The notes under the pieces were generated by a model. It was not told where the DNA came from, did not search any database, and was given only the letters and a program-made list of their open reading frames with translations. A program made the position numbers and the translations under genes. A DNA stretch of 63,948 nucleotides, counting the filler, from Lama guanicoe (Eukaryota), in the NCBI GenBank assembly GCA_013239625.1. It is 80 parts of 79 records of this genome, joined end to end, with 100 filler letters (N's around TTAATTAATTAA, not from the genome) between each part and the next. Parts side by side here need not be neighbours in the genome. Positions count along the whole stretch, not along the records: positions 35,779 to 37,154 come from MU056911.1; positions 37,255 to 37,952 come from PNXV01023629.1; positions 38,053 to 38,537 come from MU056912.1; positions 38,638 to 39,006 come from PNXV01023637.1; positions 39,107 to 39,925 come from PNXV01023640.1; positions 40,026 to 40,544 come from PNXV01023645.1; positions 40,645 to 41,591 come from MU056918.1; positions 41,692 to 42,267 come from PNXV01023659.1; 72 more parts are not named here. The stretch is one strand, 5' to 3'. Positions 35,779 to 47,904 of the stretch are shown here, one piece after another (the stretch's first letter is position 1; every line of letters starts with the position of its first letter).

Positions 35779-37154
35779 GAAAGATGTGTGGACTCTGTTT
35801 ACCTCCTCCAGCACACACACGGCATTGTGTTAAGATGTATTGAGTGTGGGGAGGTTCTTCCCACTAACAGCAGCACCTGGGTTCTAATACAATACCTTAA
35901 TTTGTCTTCCATGATGGATTGAAAAGGCCAGTGTGCGGGGTAAAGTTGGGATTTGGCTCTAAACCAAGTATTAGCGAGAGCCTATCCATGGGATGTGGGT
36001 NNNNNNNNNNNNNNNNNNNNNNNNNNNNNNNNNNNNNNNNNNNNNNNNNNNNNNNNNNNNNNNNNNNNNNNNNNNNNNNNNNNNNNNNNNNNNNNNNNNN
36101 NNNNNNNNNNNNNNNNNNNNNNNNNNNNNNNNNNNNNNNNNNNNNNNNNNNNNNNNNNNNNNNNNNNNNNNNNNNNNNNNNNNNNNNNNNNNNNNNNNNN
36201 NNNNNNNNNNNNNNNNNNNNNNNNNNNNNNNNNNNNNNNNNNNNNNNNNNNNNNNNNNNNNNNNNNNNNNNNNNNNNNNNNNNNNNNNNNNNNNNNNNNN
36301 NNNNNNNNNNNNNNNNNNNNNNNNNNNNNNNNNNNNNNNNNNNNNNNNNNNNNNNNNNNNNNNNNNNNNNNNNNNNNNNNNNNNNNNNNNNNNNNNNNNN
36401 NNNNNNNNNNNNNNNNNNNNNNNNNNNNNNNNNNNNNNNNNNNNNNNNNNNNNNNNNNNNNNNNNNNNNNNNNNNNNNNNNNNNNNNNNNNNNNNNNNNN
36501 NNNNNNNNNNNNNNNNNNNNNNNNNNNNNNNNNNNNNNNNNNNNNNNNNNNNNNNNNNNNNNNNNNNNNNNNNNNNNNNNNNNNNNNNNNNNNNNNNNNN
36601 NNNNNNNNNNNNNNNNNNNNNNNNNNNNNNNNNNNNNNNNNNNNNNNNNNNNNNNNNNNNNNNNNNNNNNNNNNNNNNNNNNNNNNNNNNNNNNNNNNNN
36701 NNNNNNNNNNNNNNNNNNNNNNNNNNNNNNNNNNNNNNNNNNNNNNNNNNNNNNNNNNNNNNNNNNNNNNNNNNNNNNNNNNNNNNNNNNNNNNNNNNNN
36801 NNNNNNNNNNNNNNNNNNNNNNNNNNNNNNNNNNNNNNNNNNNNNNNNNNNNNNNNNNNNNNNNNNNNNNNNNNNNNNNNNNNNNNNNNNNNNNNNNNNN
36901 NNNNNNNNNNNNNNNNNNNNNNNNNNNNNNNNNNNNNNNNNNNNNNNNNNNNNNNNNNNNNNNNNNNNNNNTTCTAATAGAATCCCTTAGCTTGTAATCC
37001 CTGAGTGTTTCCCTAGGACTGACTCTGAGAGAAACCTGGGGGTTGGGCTTTGAGGCCAAATAGTAGCGAGTGTCCCTGATGGACTGAGGAAGTATTTAGA
37101 TGAAATCTCCTTAAAGGGAAACACCTGAGCACCCATTCATCTGCGTGGAGTGGA
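35779..37154. repeat. Highly diverged satellite-B-related sequence on both sides of an N gap
   Basis: GAGTGTGGGGAGGTTC..CAGCAGCACCTGGGTTCTAATACAATACCTTAA and AAGGGAAACACCTGAG..CTGCGTGGAGT are colinear with the B consensus. Confidence 0.75.
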
Positions 37155-37254
37155 NNNNNNNNNNNNNNNNNNNNNNNNNNNNNNNNNNNNNNNNNNNNTT
37201 AATTAATTAANNNNNNNNNNNNNNNNNNNNNNNNNNNNNNNNNNNNNNNNNNNN

Positions 37255-37952
37255 ACACCTGTGACTTAAGAGAGCTGCGTGGAGTTGTCTCTCGAGCTCC
37301 GCCCTGGACTGACAATATTTCCGGAATCCTGAGCGTGTGGAGGTTCCACCATCGGTCGGCAGCGCGTGTGTTCTAAGGGAATGCCTAAGCTCGAATCACC
37401 TGGGTTTTTTCCTAATGTCTCTGTGCCAGGGAATTCTAGTAGGGTTTGCAGGCATTGCCAGAGACTGAGGCTGCCTCCCCAAGGTCAGGGAAGTTTTTTC
37501 TCAGAATTCCCCATAACAGGGAACACCTGTGACTGAAGAGAGCTGCGTGGAGTTGTCTCTCGATCTCCCCACGCACCGACAATGTTTCCGGAATCCTGAG
37601 CGTGGGGAGGTTCCACCTACAGTCGGCAACAGATGGGTTCTAACGGAATGCCTAAGCTTGTTTGCCCTGGTTTTTTTCCAAATGTCTCTGTGCCAGGGAA
37701 TGCTAGGGGGGTTTGCAGGCAATCCCAGTGGCAGAGTTTGCCTCCCCAAGTTCAGGGAAGGTATTTCTCGGACTTCCCCTTTAAGGGAACACCTGTGGCT
37801 GAAGAGCGCTGCATGGAGTAGTCTCTCGAGGTCCCCCACGCACTGAAAATGGTTCTGGAATTCTGAGCGTGGGGAGGTTCCATCAAATCAACGGTCGGCA
37901 GCTCGTGTGTTCTAATGGAATGCCTAAGCTCGACTCCCCTGGGTTTTTTCCT
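37255..37952. repeat. Satellite B, about 2.6 monomers
   Basis: GGAAT(C/T)CTGAGCGTG at 37323, 37590 and 37857 (period exactly 267). Confidence 0.98.
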
Positions 37953-38052
37953 NNNNNNNNNNNNNNNNNNNNNNNNNNNNNNNNNNNNNNNNNNNNTTAA
38001 TTAATTAANNNNNNNNNNNNNNNNNNNNNNNNNNNNNNNNNNNNNNNNNNNN

Positions 38053-38537
38053 ACACAAAGTTTCTCTTCAGTTGCCGACTCCACTCCATACATATATATG
38101 GTGAAGTACAAGCTCCAACTCGCTTTTACAGTGAAAACTGCAGGAACTTCAAACCGGCACTAGGAAACAGACTGAGAAACCAGAGTAAGTGTTTCTCCTG
38201 CAACCTGTTCCCTTTGTGCTAGATGAACGAACGTCTCTCCAAATGCTCAGTTNNNNNNNNNNNNNNNNNNNNNNNNNNNNNNNNNNNNNNNNNNNNNNNN
38301 NNNNNNNNNNNNNNNNNNNNNNNNNNNNNNNNNNNNNNNNNNNNNNNNNNNNNNNNNNNNNNNNNNNNNNNNNNNNNNNNNNNNNNNNNNNNNNNTTCAA
38401 ACCGGCACTAGGAAACAGACTGAGAAACCAGAGTAAGGGATTCTCTTGCAACCCGTTCCCTTTGTGCAGTGGTGAACGAACGTCTCTGCACATGCTCAGT
38501 TCTGAGATAAATGTGTGTGTGAAAGCCGTCCTTCACC
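38053..38537. repeat. Satellite A
   Basis: TTCAAACCGGCACTAGGAAACAGACTGAGAAACCAGAGTAAG occurs twice, about 248 bp apart. Confidence 0.96.
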
Positions 38538-40025
38538 NNNNNNNNNNNNNNNNNNNNNNNNNNNNNNNNNNNNNNNNNNNNTTAATTAATTAANNNNNNN
38601 NNNNNNNNNNNNNNNNNNNNNNNNNNNNNNNNNNNNNCATTGGAGGTAGTATGTCTCCAATGTATCCTCGTTTCCAATATGTAACACACACATCATTTAT
38701 GATCTAGTGCAAATAATTCAACAAAGACAACCATAAAAAGAAATTATACTCACCTAGCTATCCAGACTGATGTCACAACCTGTCAAATTTATATGCTGTT
38801 TAACAACACAACGGAAAAACCTAACATAGGGAGTTGATTCCATGGAAATACAATTATTTCTACTCCTTCAATAATTTTTCTTTTCTTTTCTATTTTATAT
38901 TGTTTTGCTTATTGAAAGGAAAATAAAAGTCATACCATTTTATTTCACATATTTTTATTATAGCTACATTCCTTAAATACTACAAAGAGATTTAAATTGC
39001 AAAAAANNNNNNNNNNNNNNNNNNNNNNNNNNNNNNNNNNNNNNNNNNNNTTAATTAATTAANNNNNNNNNNNNNNNNNNNNNNNNNNNNNNNNNNNNNN
39101 NNNNNNCTCAGAAAAGGATATTCTGGAAGAAATGTTCTGCAGATAATCGGGGTGGAAGTGGGAAGGGGTGAACAGTAAAAGAAAGGAAATAACCAAAAGA
39201 TAACCCCTGTCCTGGAGACTGAAATGATTTAATCTTAGACGGTTTGTGAGTGAGATTTGGAGATGGAAGGTTTGTTATTTAAATGTTTAGAACTTGGAAA
39301 TTCCTTTATGTTGGTAATCGATGTGTTAGTGTGTAGCTACTTTGCACATAGCTTTGGCCATAAGGGAAAATGAACCTATTTCAATAAGTAACTCTCATCA
39401 CCACTGGTATGGCAGTGAGATCAAAACAACATCCTCTTCATAGAGGGTTATATACAGTTTTAAAAAGCAGAGGAAGAAGATCACTATAGAAGGTTTGGGC
39501 AAATAAGAGTGATAATATGAGTAACTGGGTATTTTGTGAGGTGGGATTTTGCTGGAATCTGAAGCCCAGCATTTATCTTGCTATCTCCAGTGCCTAGTGC
39601 AATGCCTGGTAAACAGTCAGCTTTTGATTGAATGGGTGGATGAATAAATAATCCCAAAAATTCATTTTTTTAAAAGAAAAACCAGAGGAGAACACTTGAG
39701 ACTATATTTAATTTGGAGGTCAAACAAAGCCAAAATTATCCAGATGACCTCTAAGTTCTGGCATGAATTTGTAGCACTCGTTTTACATAGTTGATAGTTG
39801 CTGATAAGAGTGAGAAATGGGTTTTTAACAGGTAGAAAAATACTGACTTTTGCTTGATCCCACATGTCTTGCAAGAAGAAAGCCAAGATGTCAGGCAAGA
39901 AGAAACAGTTGGTCTTGCTGTAGCANNNNNNNNNNNNNNNNNNNNNNNNNNNNNNNNNNNNNNNNNNNNTTAATTAATTAANNNNNNNNNNNNNNNNNNN
40001 NNNNNNNNNNNNNNNNNNNNNNNNN

Positions 40026-40544
40026 GTATTCTAAATTCTATATTCTGTATTCTATATTCTGCATTCAGTATTCTGTATTATATATTCTGTGTTCTACCTT
40101 CTATTTTCAAAATTCTATATTCAGTATTCTGTATTCTATATTCTGCATTCCGTATTCCATATTCTATATTCTGTGTTTTACATTCTATATTCTAAATTCT
40201 ATATTCTGTATTCCGTATTCTATATTGTGAACTCTGTGTTCTACATTCTATTTTCTAAATTTTATATTCAGTGGTCTGTATTCTATATTCTAAATTCTGT
40301 GTTCTGCATTACATGCTCTAAATTTTGGCTTCTGTATTCTCTATTCTCTATTCTATATGCTGTGTTCTACATTCTATATTCTGAATTGTATATTGAGGTT
40401 TCTGTATTCTATATTCTAAATTCTGTGTCCTGCATTCCATTTTCTAAATTCTGGTTTCTATATTCTCTATTCTATTTTCTGAGTTAGGGTTGTATATTCA
40501 ATATTCTAAATTCTATATTCAGTATTCTGAATTCTATATTCTAA
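40026..40544. repeat. Satellite C
   Basis: Heptamer array. Confidence 0.96.
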
Positions 40545-41691
40545 NNNNNNNNNNNNNNNNNNNNNNNNNNNNNNNNNNNNNNNNNNNNTTAATTAATTAA
40601 NNNNNNNNNNNNNNNNNNNNNNNNNNNNNNNNNNNNNNNNNNNNGTGTGGTCCACAAAGTCCCACGGGACCAATGGAGTAATTGGATCATGTTACAGAGA
40701 CCATTAGTGTCAGCCGATGGTCCTGGTGTCCCTGGAACTGAAAGACAGGGGCAGCCTAGCGGTTGTCATTCATCTGTGTCAACAGAGAGTCTCATGTGAG
40801 AAAGACTGTTGGAGATACTGAGCCCCAGTGGGAGCTGTATCATGACTGTGAGCCCCTAAGACTCCTGGGACCAGAGCCACCTACGGGGACCAGGCAAGGC
40901 CTGACCAGCTGGGTCATGGGTGGGCATGCGCAGTAGCTCTCTGTCCTCAAGTAGAGGAGGTTGATATGAGGTCAGTACCCCCAGGTCCTGAAGCCCCCAG
41001 GGAGCTGCCTGGGGAAGTGGCATTAACACCCCTGAGCCCAAGTCTTGCTACAATGTCTTTATTCCAGCAACGCCCACCTCTGCCTCGTGGGGCGATGCCT
41101 ATGAAGAGTGTCGCAGAGGAAAACCCTTGGGGCTGGTTTGCAGAGGTTTGAGGATGTTATGAAGACACACCTTAGAGCTAGCCTTTGGGCTTTCCGCCTC
41201 CAACAGGGACACCCCTGAAGGACAGCAGTGGAGGACAATTCTCCTGGATTGATGAGTGACCAGTGGAGTAGGGTATCCTGTCCATTAGCCTGGACACAGA
41301 GGTAGCTGGAGGGGGCTGTGTGCTAATTTATGGGCTGAGACTCAGAGTTTCACTGGACCGTCAGAGACGTGGCAGGAATACACGGAAAAGACACAAGTAT
41401 GAACCCCCACAGAGGGAACCAGAGAGTCATTTATTTGTGTCCCATGAAAGTGCTTAGCAACGTGTGTCCTGAAAACGAAGTGATGTTAATAACCAGGTGG
41501 ACAGGAGCAGTGGAGTCCGCCTCCCTCTCCAACCATCGCCGAGTGGGCACTGTGACCCAGCTCCCCCATGGGAAGGGCAGGATCAGCCACANNNNNNNNN
41601 NNNNNNNNNNNNNNNNNNNNNNNNNNNNNNNNNNNTTAATTAATTAANNNNNNNNNNNNNNNNNNNNNNNNNNNNNNNNNNNNNNNNNNNN

Positions 41692-42267
41692 CCACCACTT
41701 CTTTCTTTTTGAGAACTCTGCACTCCCCACACACCATCCTTAATGCAGGTGCCTTGCTGGCTGGGACCAAGATGTTTCAGTATGAAACATCCTGAGTCCT
41801 TTCTCTTTCCACTTTCTAACTTAAAAAAGCCTTCCTGTGTCTCCCACCGCACTGATTCTGAACGTCAAAAAATGCTCAAGTTAAATTCACTATGTGAATA
41901 CCTCCCAGGTTTTGGCTAGGTCTCCTTCCCAAGATCTTCATTAAGGAGCTGCATCAAGAAGTTTAAAGGGGCTATTCTTACATTTGAGTGGAGGAGCCTG
42001 CAAGAAATTTAAATGGCTTTGAAGAGAGAGTTAACCAGGGACAGAGAGGTCGCAGGACCTAGTCAACAGTGTCATGAGGCAAAATGTTCTTCAAAGGCTC
42101 AGAGTGGCTTCTGAACACAGAGTCCTCAGGGAGGAGGTGACAGGCAGTTAGTGGGGTGAGTGACACAGGGTACGATCCCCCAGCAGTGGAAGAATTGGTT
42201 ATTTTCTAATTTTCCAAATTCTTACTAACTTTTTCTCTTATTGTCACATACCATTTCCTACGAATTA
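41692..42267 (+). repeat. Multi-copy non-TE segment (inverted paralog of 25356-25790; overlaps the reverse complement of 45488-45543)
   Basis: Shares CCTTCCCAAGATCTTCATTAAGGAGCTGCATCAAGAA with the 24848 fragment and TTTTTCTCTTATTGT(C/G)ACATACCATTTCC with the 44909 fragment. Confidence 0.93.
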
Positions 42268-42812
42268 NNNNNNNNNNNNNNNNNNNNNNNNNNNNNNNNN
42301 NNNNNNNNNNNTTAATTAATTAANNNNNNNNNNNNNNNNNNNNNNNNNNNNNNNNNNNNNNNNNNNNTTAAAAAGGCTTATAGACAATCATTCCAAGATC
42401 GGTAAACAAAGTGTTTACCGATCTTGGAATCCCAACAACTTTTAAGACAGCTCTGAAGATGGACTTAAACTAGCTCTGTGTGTTCAACACATAGTAGGTC
42501 CTCAGTAGGTGTCAGTCTTCTTTGTCCATTCTTAACCACTGAGAGATCTCAGGTAGAGAGAGATAAAGGGTCTTAATTAAAGTCACACACAGGCATACAT
42601 CATTCTAGAGCCACACATCGTAGAATTCTACCAGATCCATATTACTTCTTTTTACATTTTATGTTCAATTTTCACTTTTCCAATTCTTTATAGAACTGCC
42701 TATTCTCTGTGTAGAAGGAAATATTTTCCTAAGGTAGGAAAACCCCATCTCCAAAATTACTCTTGGGGTAAAGGTAACCCAAATCAACTCAATTCAAATT
42801 ATTATGACTCAC

Positions 42813-42871
42813 CTTGTCTGAAGTTCTTGCGTATTTTGAGAGTGGAAGTAGCTTTATAATGGCACGATTTC
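42813..42871 (-). CDS. Candidate isolated 59-nt coding exon (xNRAIIKLLPLSKYARTSDK), gene unidentified
   Basis: TTAGCAG| acceptor and AAG|GTGAGT consensus donor flank an open frame; no homology evidence. Confidence 0.3.
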
Positions 42872-43289
42872 CTGCTAACAATACATTGAATTATTTGAAA
42901 TATTTAAGAACCAAACTTTGCTGACATTGTTTCTGAAGCTGTGGTATAAGATCGTGTCACTGAGCAACAGGCTCTGCATCAAATCAAAACTCGCTTTCCA
43001 ACATGAGGATCTCTTCTTTAGCTGCTAAAGTTCATGAGAAGGAAATTCCTGAGGGCACATTTTAACATCTATTCCTCATTTTATGCAAAAGAAAATGGCA
43101 AACTCTTAACTGCTCATCGTTTTCTTTAGCATAAATCCTGTGGCCACACATAGGGTCCTTTTGTCCAGAAGTTGCCAGAATTAGAACACNNNNNNNNNNN
43201 NNNNNNNNNNNNNNNNNNNNNNNNNNNNNNNNNTTAATTAATTAANNNNNNNNNNNNNNNNNNNNNNNNNNNNNNNNNNNNNNNNNNNN

Positions 43290-44290
43290 TCAATTTTCGA
43301 TGTTATTCATTCTTTATTCTTAATTATATATTCTGCATTCTGTATTCTATCTTCTAAGCTCTGTGTTCTATATTCCATATTCTAAATTCTGTGACCTGCA
43401 TTCCATGTTCTAAATTCTGGGTTCTATATTCTCTATTCTCTATTCTGTTTTCTACATTCTATATTCTAAATTCTATATTCAGGATTCTGTATTCTATATT
43501 CTAATTTCTGTGTTTTCATTCCATGTTCTAAATCTGTATTCAGTATTCTGTATTATATATCTAAATTTTGTGTTCTGCATTCCATGTTCTAAATTCTGTG
43601 TTTTGTATTCTGTTTTCCATATTCTATATTCTGTGTTCTACATTCTATATTCTGTATTCTATATTATGCATTCCTTATTCTATATTCTCTATTCTGTGAC
43701 CTACATTCTATATTCTATTTTGTATACTCAGTGTTCCGTATTCTATATTCTATATTCTGTGTTTTACATTCTATTTTCTAAATTCTATTTACAGTATTCT
43801 GTATTCAATACTCTAAATTCTGTGTTCTGCATTCCATGTTCTAAATTGTGTTCTATATATTCTCTATTCTATACTAAATTTTGTGCTATTCATTCTATAT
43901 TCTACATTCTGTATTCTGCATTCCGTATTTAATATTCTGTATTCTGTGTTCTACATTCTATAGTCTAAATTCTATATTCAGTATTTTGTATTCTATATTC
44001 TAAATTCTGTGTTCTGCATTCCATGTTCTACATTCTGAGGTCTGTATTCTGTTTTCCATATTCAAAATTCTGTGTTCTATATTTTATATTCTGTATTCTA
44101 TATTNNNNNNNNNNNNNNNNNNNNNNNNNNNNNNNNNNNNNNNNNNNNNNNNNNNNNNNNNNNNNNNNNNNNNNNNNNNNNNNNNNNNNNNNNNNNNNNN
44201 NNNNNNNNNNNNNNNNNNNTTTCTGTATTCCATGTTCTAAATTCTGTGTTCTTCATTCCAAGTTCTAAATCTTTATTCAGTATTCTGTAT
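43290..44290. repeat. Satellite C
   Basis: Heptamer array of about 1 kb with one N gap. Confidence 0.96.
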
Positions 44291-44908
44291 NNNNNNNNNN
44301 NNNNNNNNNNNNNNNNNNNNNNNNNNNNNNNNNNTTAATTAATTAANNNNNNNNNNNNNNNNNNNNNNNNNNNNNNNNNNNNNNNNNNNNCACGGGGAGC
44401 TTTTGTGGACTTACAGGAAAAGCCTCATGACCTGGACAAAGGGAGAGGATCTGTGGCTTAGACCCTAACAAAGACATCACCGTGTAGCACTACTGTGTGA
44501 TAACATCCCCAACACCACCTCAGGCTATCATGAAAAACAGGGTTCCTGGGCGAGCATTTAGGCAGTAGAACAGAGATTCCAAACAGAAAGGCCAGAGTCA
44601 TCCGTCCATTTAACACCACACCAAGACAGGTAGTGGACACATGGCCGGGTATCATATGGAAGAGGTCAAACCTCTGCAGATATCAATTCAGGATGATTCA
44701 AGTTAAAAATATTTTGAAAAATCTCACAAGCCAAATATAATTCTTGATGACCTGAAGTATAACAGTAAGATAACCAGTGTGTGTAAGATAGACAAGCCCA
44801 CCCTCCTANNNNNNNNNNNNNNNNNNNNNNNNNNNNNNNNNNNNNNNNNNNNTTAATTAATTAANNNNNNNNNNNNNNNNNNNNNNNNNNNNNNNNNNNN
44901 NNNNNNNN

Positions 44909-45543
44909 GCACCAAAGCTAGATGTGGGTTCGGCTGTTTCCCAGCCCAGAATATCTGTCAGGCCACAAGACACACCAGGCCCTGCGCTGCTTGAGGAAAA
45001 ACTCCAGAGCAGAGGCAGTTAGAAAAGGGATAAACATAAAAACAGAAGACTGCAAACTGTGATCAGCTCTGAGAAGGAAATGAACACGTCTCGCCGTGCA
45101 GAGCTGAGAGCTTTCTCGTCAGGGCTGCTCTTGGGGCGTTCATCTCAGCTAAACAAACTCTGCTGCTGCACCAAGGCAGGAAGGCAGGGCGCGTGTTGCG
45201 AGGTAGACAGGGCTTCATTGATCGTACTCATTCCCCATTAAGCGGCAGCTGTCACGGGCACTTACCTAGTAAACAGGTGTCGGCCATAATCATCACGCAC
45301 TTTGCTTGGTAGTTTTATTGGCCCCACCTTTGAGATGAGGTAATTGAAGCTGCGGAGTTTGCTGCATGCCTGTGAATACCTTGGAAATATCCCCACTGGT
45401 CTTTCAACCTAGACTGGTGTGGCTGTCATGCCCCAGCCCTGTATCATGTAGCTAAAGTGGCTCAAATAACTGATATTGATATGCTTAATTCGTTGGAAAT
45501 GGTATGTCACAATAAGAGAAAAAGGTAGTAAGAAATTGTTTGG
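44909..45543 (-). repeat. Multi-copy non-TE segment (paralog of 24848-25058)
   Basis: Direct match including GGCACTTACCTAG, which is a CTAG|GTAAGT donor on the minus strand. Confidence 0.93.
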
Positions 45544-45643
45544 NNNNNNNNNNNNNNNNNNNNNNNNNNNNNNNNNNNNNNNNNNNNTTAATTAATTAAN
45601 NNNNNNNNNNNNNNNNNNNNNNNNNNNNNNNNNNNNNNNNNNN

Positions 45644-46117
45644 CTGAAACACTCACTCTGATTTCTTAGCATGTTTCTGAAATCCGTCTCAACTAAAAAC
45701 ATTTTGCCGTGGAAATGCGAGTTGGTGCTAGATCGTTCGCATATATATGAAAGCAGCGTTGTTTCCTTAGTCCAAAAACTGTTGGTTCCCAACGAGCTAG
45801 GTGAAGGACGGCTTCCATACATATACAGATTTGAAAATAGAGCATGTGGAGAGGCCTTATTTCACCCAGCATAAAAGGCAGAGTGACACGTAGAAACACA
45901 TTCTCTGATTTCTCAGCACCGGTTTCAAAGTAAAAGTAGTTAGCTGTGGAAAACCGCGTTGAAGCGAGTGCCTCCTCTTAGTCATGTTAGTAGCGTAGTT
46001 CCCCTAGACCAGAAACACTGGGTTTACTGCAAGTTAGGTGAAGGACTGTTCCAACACACATTAAGCTGTCAGACATGAGCATGTGGAGATGCGTTCTTTC
46101 ATCCAGCATTGAAGGTT
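45644..46117. repeat. Highly diverged satellite-A-related tandem repeat (about 237-bp period)
   Basis: GGTGAAGGAC at 45800 and 46037; GAGCATGTGGAGA at 45840 and 46077. Both motifs belong to the satellite A consensus. Confidence 0.8.
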
Positions 46118-46217
46118 NNNNNNNNNNNNNNNNNNNNNNNNNNNNNNNNNNNNNNNNNNNNTTAATTAATTAANNNNNNNNNNNNNNNNNNNNNNNNNNN
46201 NNNNNNNNNNNNNNNNN

Positions 46218-46661
46218 GCAGAGGAGAAGGGCAAAGATGGTGGAGTAGAAGGACACTTGTAGCTCAAATACACACAAGTGTATCTCCCACAAATACACCA
46301 AGACTGATATCCATGAACCCACCCATCCAATCAGAACAATTGCTGAACTTTGACAGAACATTGCCTTCTTCAAAAGACAAAATACATTGCCAATCGAGTA
46401 GGAGAAAAGAGGAAAAAAAAAAAGGAAGAGAAAGGAAAATAAGGGAACCAGTCCTGCAGGGAGAGAGTGACGAAAGAGAAATAGCATTCATTTGCTGGGT
46501 CTCCTTCACTCCAAAGGAGAGGTCAGTGGGATGGAGGGGGAACTTCCAAGGCTTGGATCTGGATGGAATGGACTTTGATGACAGAACTAAGTTAAGTGGG
46601 CACAAAGGATATTTGTAATCCCCAGGCATAGATATTAACCAGCAGGTTTGGGACAGGACAG
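46218..46661 (+). mobile_element. LINE-1 5' terminus / 5'UTR promoter region
   Basis: Begins GAGGAGAAGGGCAAAGATGGTGGAGTAGAAGGAC, a CpG-decayed form of the AAGATGGCGG YY1-site start of mammalian L1, followed by a typical purine-rich 5'UTR. Confidence 0.7.
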
Positions 46662-47319
46662 NNNNNNNNNNNNNNNNNNNNNNNNNNNNNNNNNNNNNNN
46701 NNNNNTTAATTAATTAANNNNNNNNNNNNNNNNNNNNNNNNNNNNNNNNNNNNNNNNNNNNTAGTTCTTATTTCTGCGTAGAACTTCTGAACAAAATTAG
46801 AAATGAAGAAGTAGGCAGTGGTTGCAGGTTTAGGGGCAGGGAGGGGGCACGGGAGAAAGGAATTCGGTATTGTTATTAAGGTAAAACTCAAGGGTCCTTG
46901 AGGTAGTGGAACTGAGTTATTTCTTGACCTCGCTGTTAGATTTGAACCTACATGCATGATAATATCACACAGGACTCAACACACACACACACACACNNNN
47001 NNNNNNNNNNNNNNNNNNNNNNNNNNNNNNNNNNNNNNNNNNNNNNNNNNNNNNNNNNNNNNNNNNNNNNNNNNNNNNNNNNNNNNNNNNNNNNATGTTC
47101 ACCAGTGTAAGTCACTGAAGAAAATTAAAAAACATGCGATGCCACGTGATGTGCGTGAGAATGACTTTGGTAAAAACCAAACACGCCCAGAGCTCAGGGG
47201 ATGGGCAGCAAAAGGAACTCTCCTCAGTGGCTGAGGACCACAAAAAGCAGCATCAGGCCCCCACAATGGATAATCGTTTGCCAGAGTCTCAGACAGGCCC
47301 TCCTGTACCTGCCGTAGGA

Positions 47320-47790
47320 GCCATCAATTCCATTCCCAGGTGCTTCCCTGAGTGAAATAAAAACTTACACCCACAAAGTACCTATAACAAGTGTTATAAA
47401 GGCTTTATGTGTAATTATCAAAGTGTGGACTCTCGATCCGACCCTAATTTTACAACTAGTGGAGGAGAAACAAAGTGTGATGTATCCATGCAGTGGAATC
47501 TACTCAGCAAGGGGCCTGCAGTGAACGATTAGCACCTAAAACTACACAGACGGATCTCATGCATTACACTGGGTGAAAGAAGCCAGAATCAAAGGGCAGC
47601 CATGGTGACTGCATTTCTCTGATGCTCTGACCCCAGGACACAAGTATGGGGAGACAGGAGACCAGTGGTCCCAGAGGAGGGGCTCGAAGAAATGCCATAT
47701 TCATAGGCACCTGGGGAAATTATGGGAATGACTGGGCTGCTGTCTGTTGTGGTAATGGGATGCTTACATCTCTATATGCATTCATAAATA
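47320..47790 (+). mobile_element. Old L1M (L1MC/MD-like) 3' end
   Basis: GTATCCATGCAGTGGAATCTACTCAGCAA..GGATCTCA..CTGGGTGAAAGAAGCCAGAATCAAAG hallmarks. Confidence 0.75.
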
Positions 47791-47904
47791 CTCAAAAAGT
47801 GTCTNNNNNNNNNNNNNNNNNNNNNNNNNNNNNNNNNNNNNNNNNNNNTTAATTAATTAANNNNNNNNNNNNNNNNNNNNNNNNNNNNNNNNNNNNNNNN
47901 NNNN

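Noticed and set aside
35919..37059. Long ORFs of 280-360 aa (also 5358-6233, 18591-19536, 22621-23741)
   Set aside because: They consist almost entirely of X from N gaps.
43510..43932. Hydrophobic Y/I/L/F/S-rich 'membrane protein' ORFs (also 40089-40487, 21875-22147)
   Set aside because: They are translations of the T-rich strand of heptamer satellite C.
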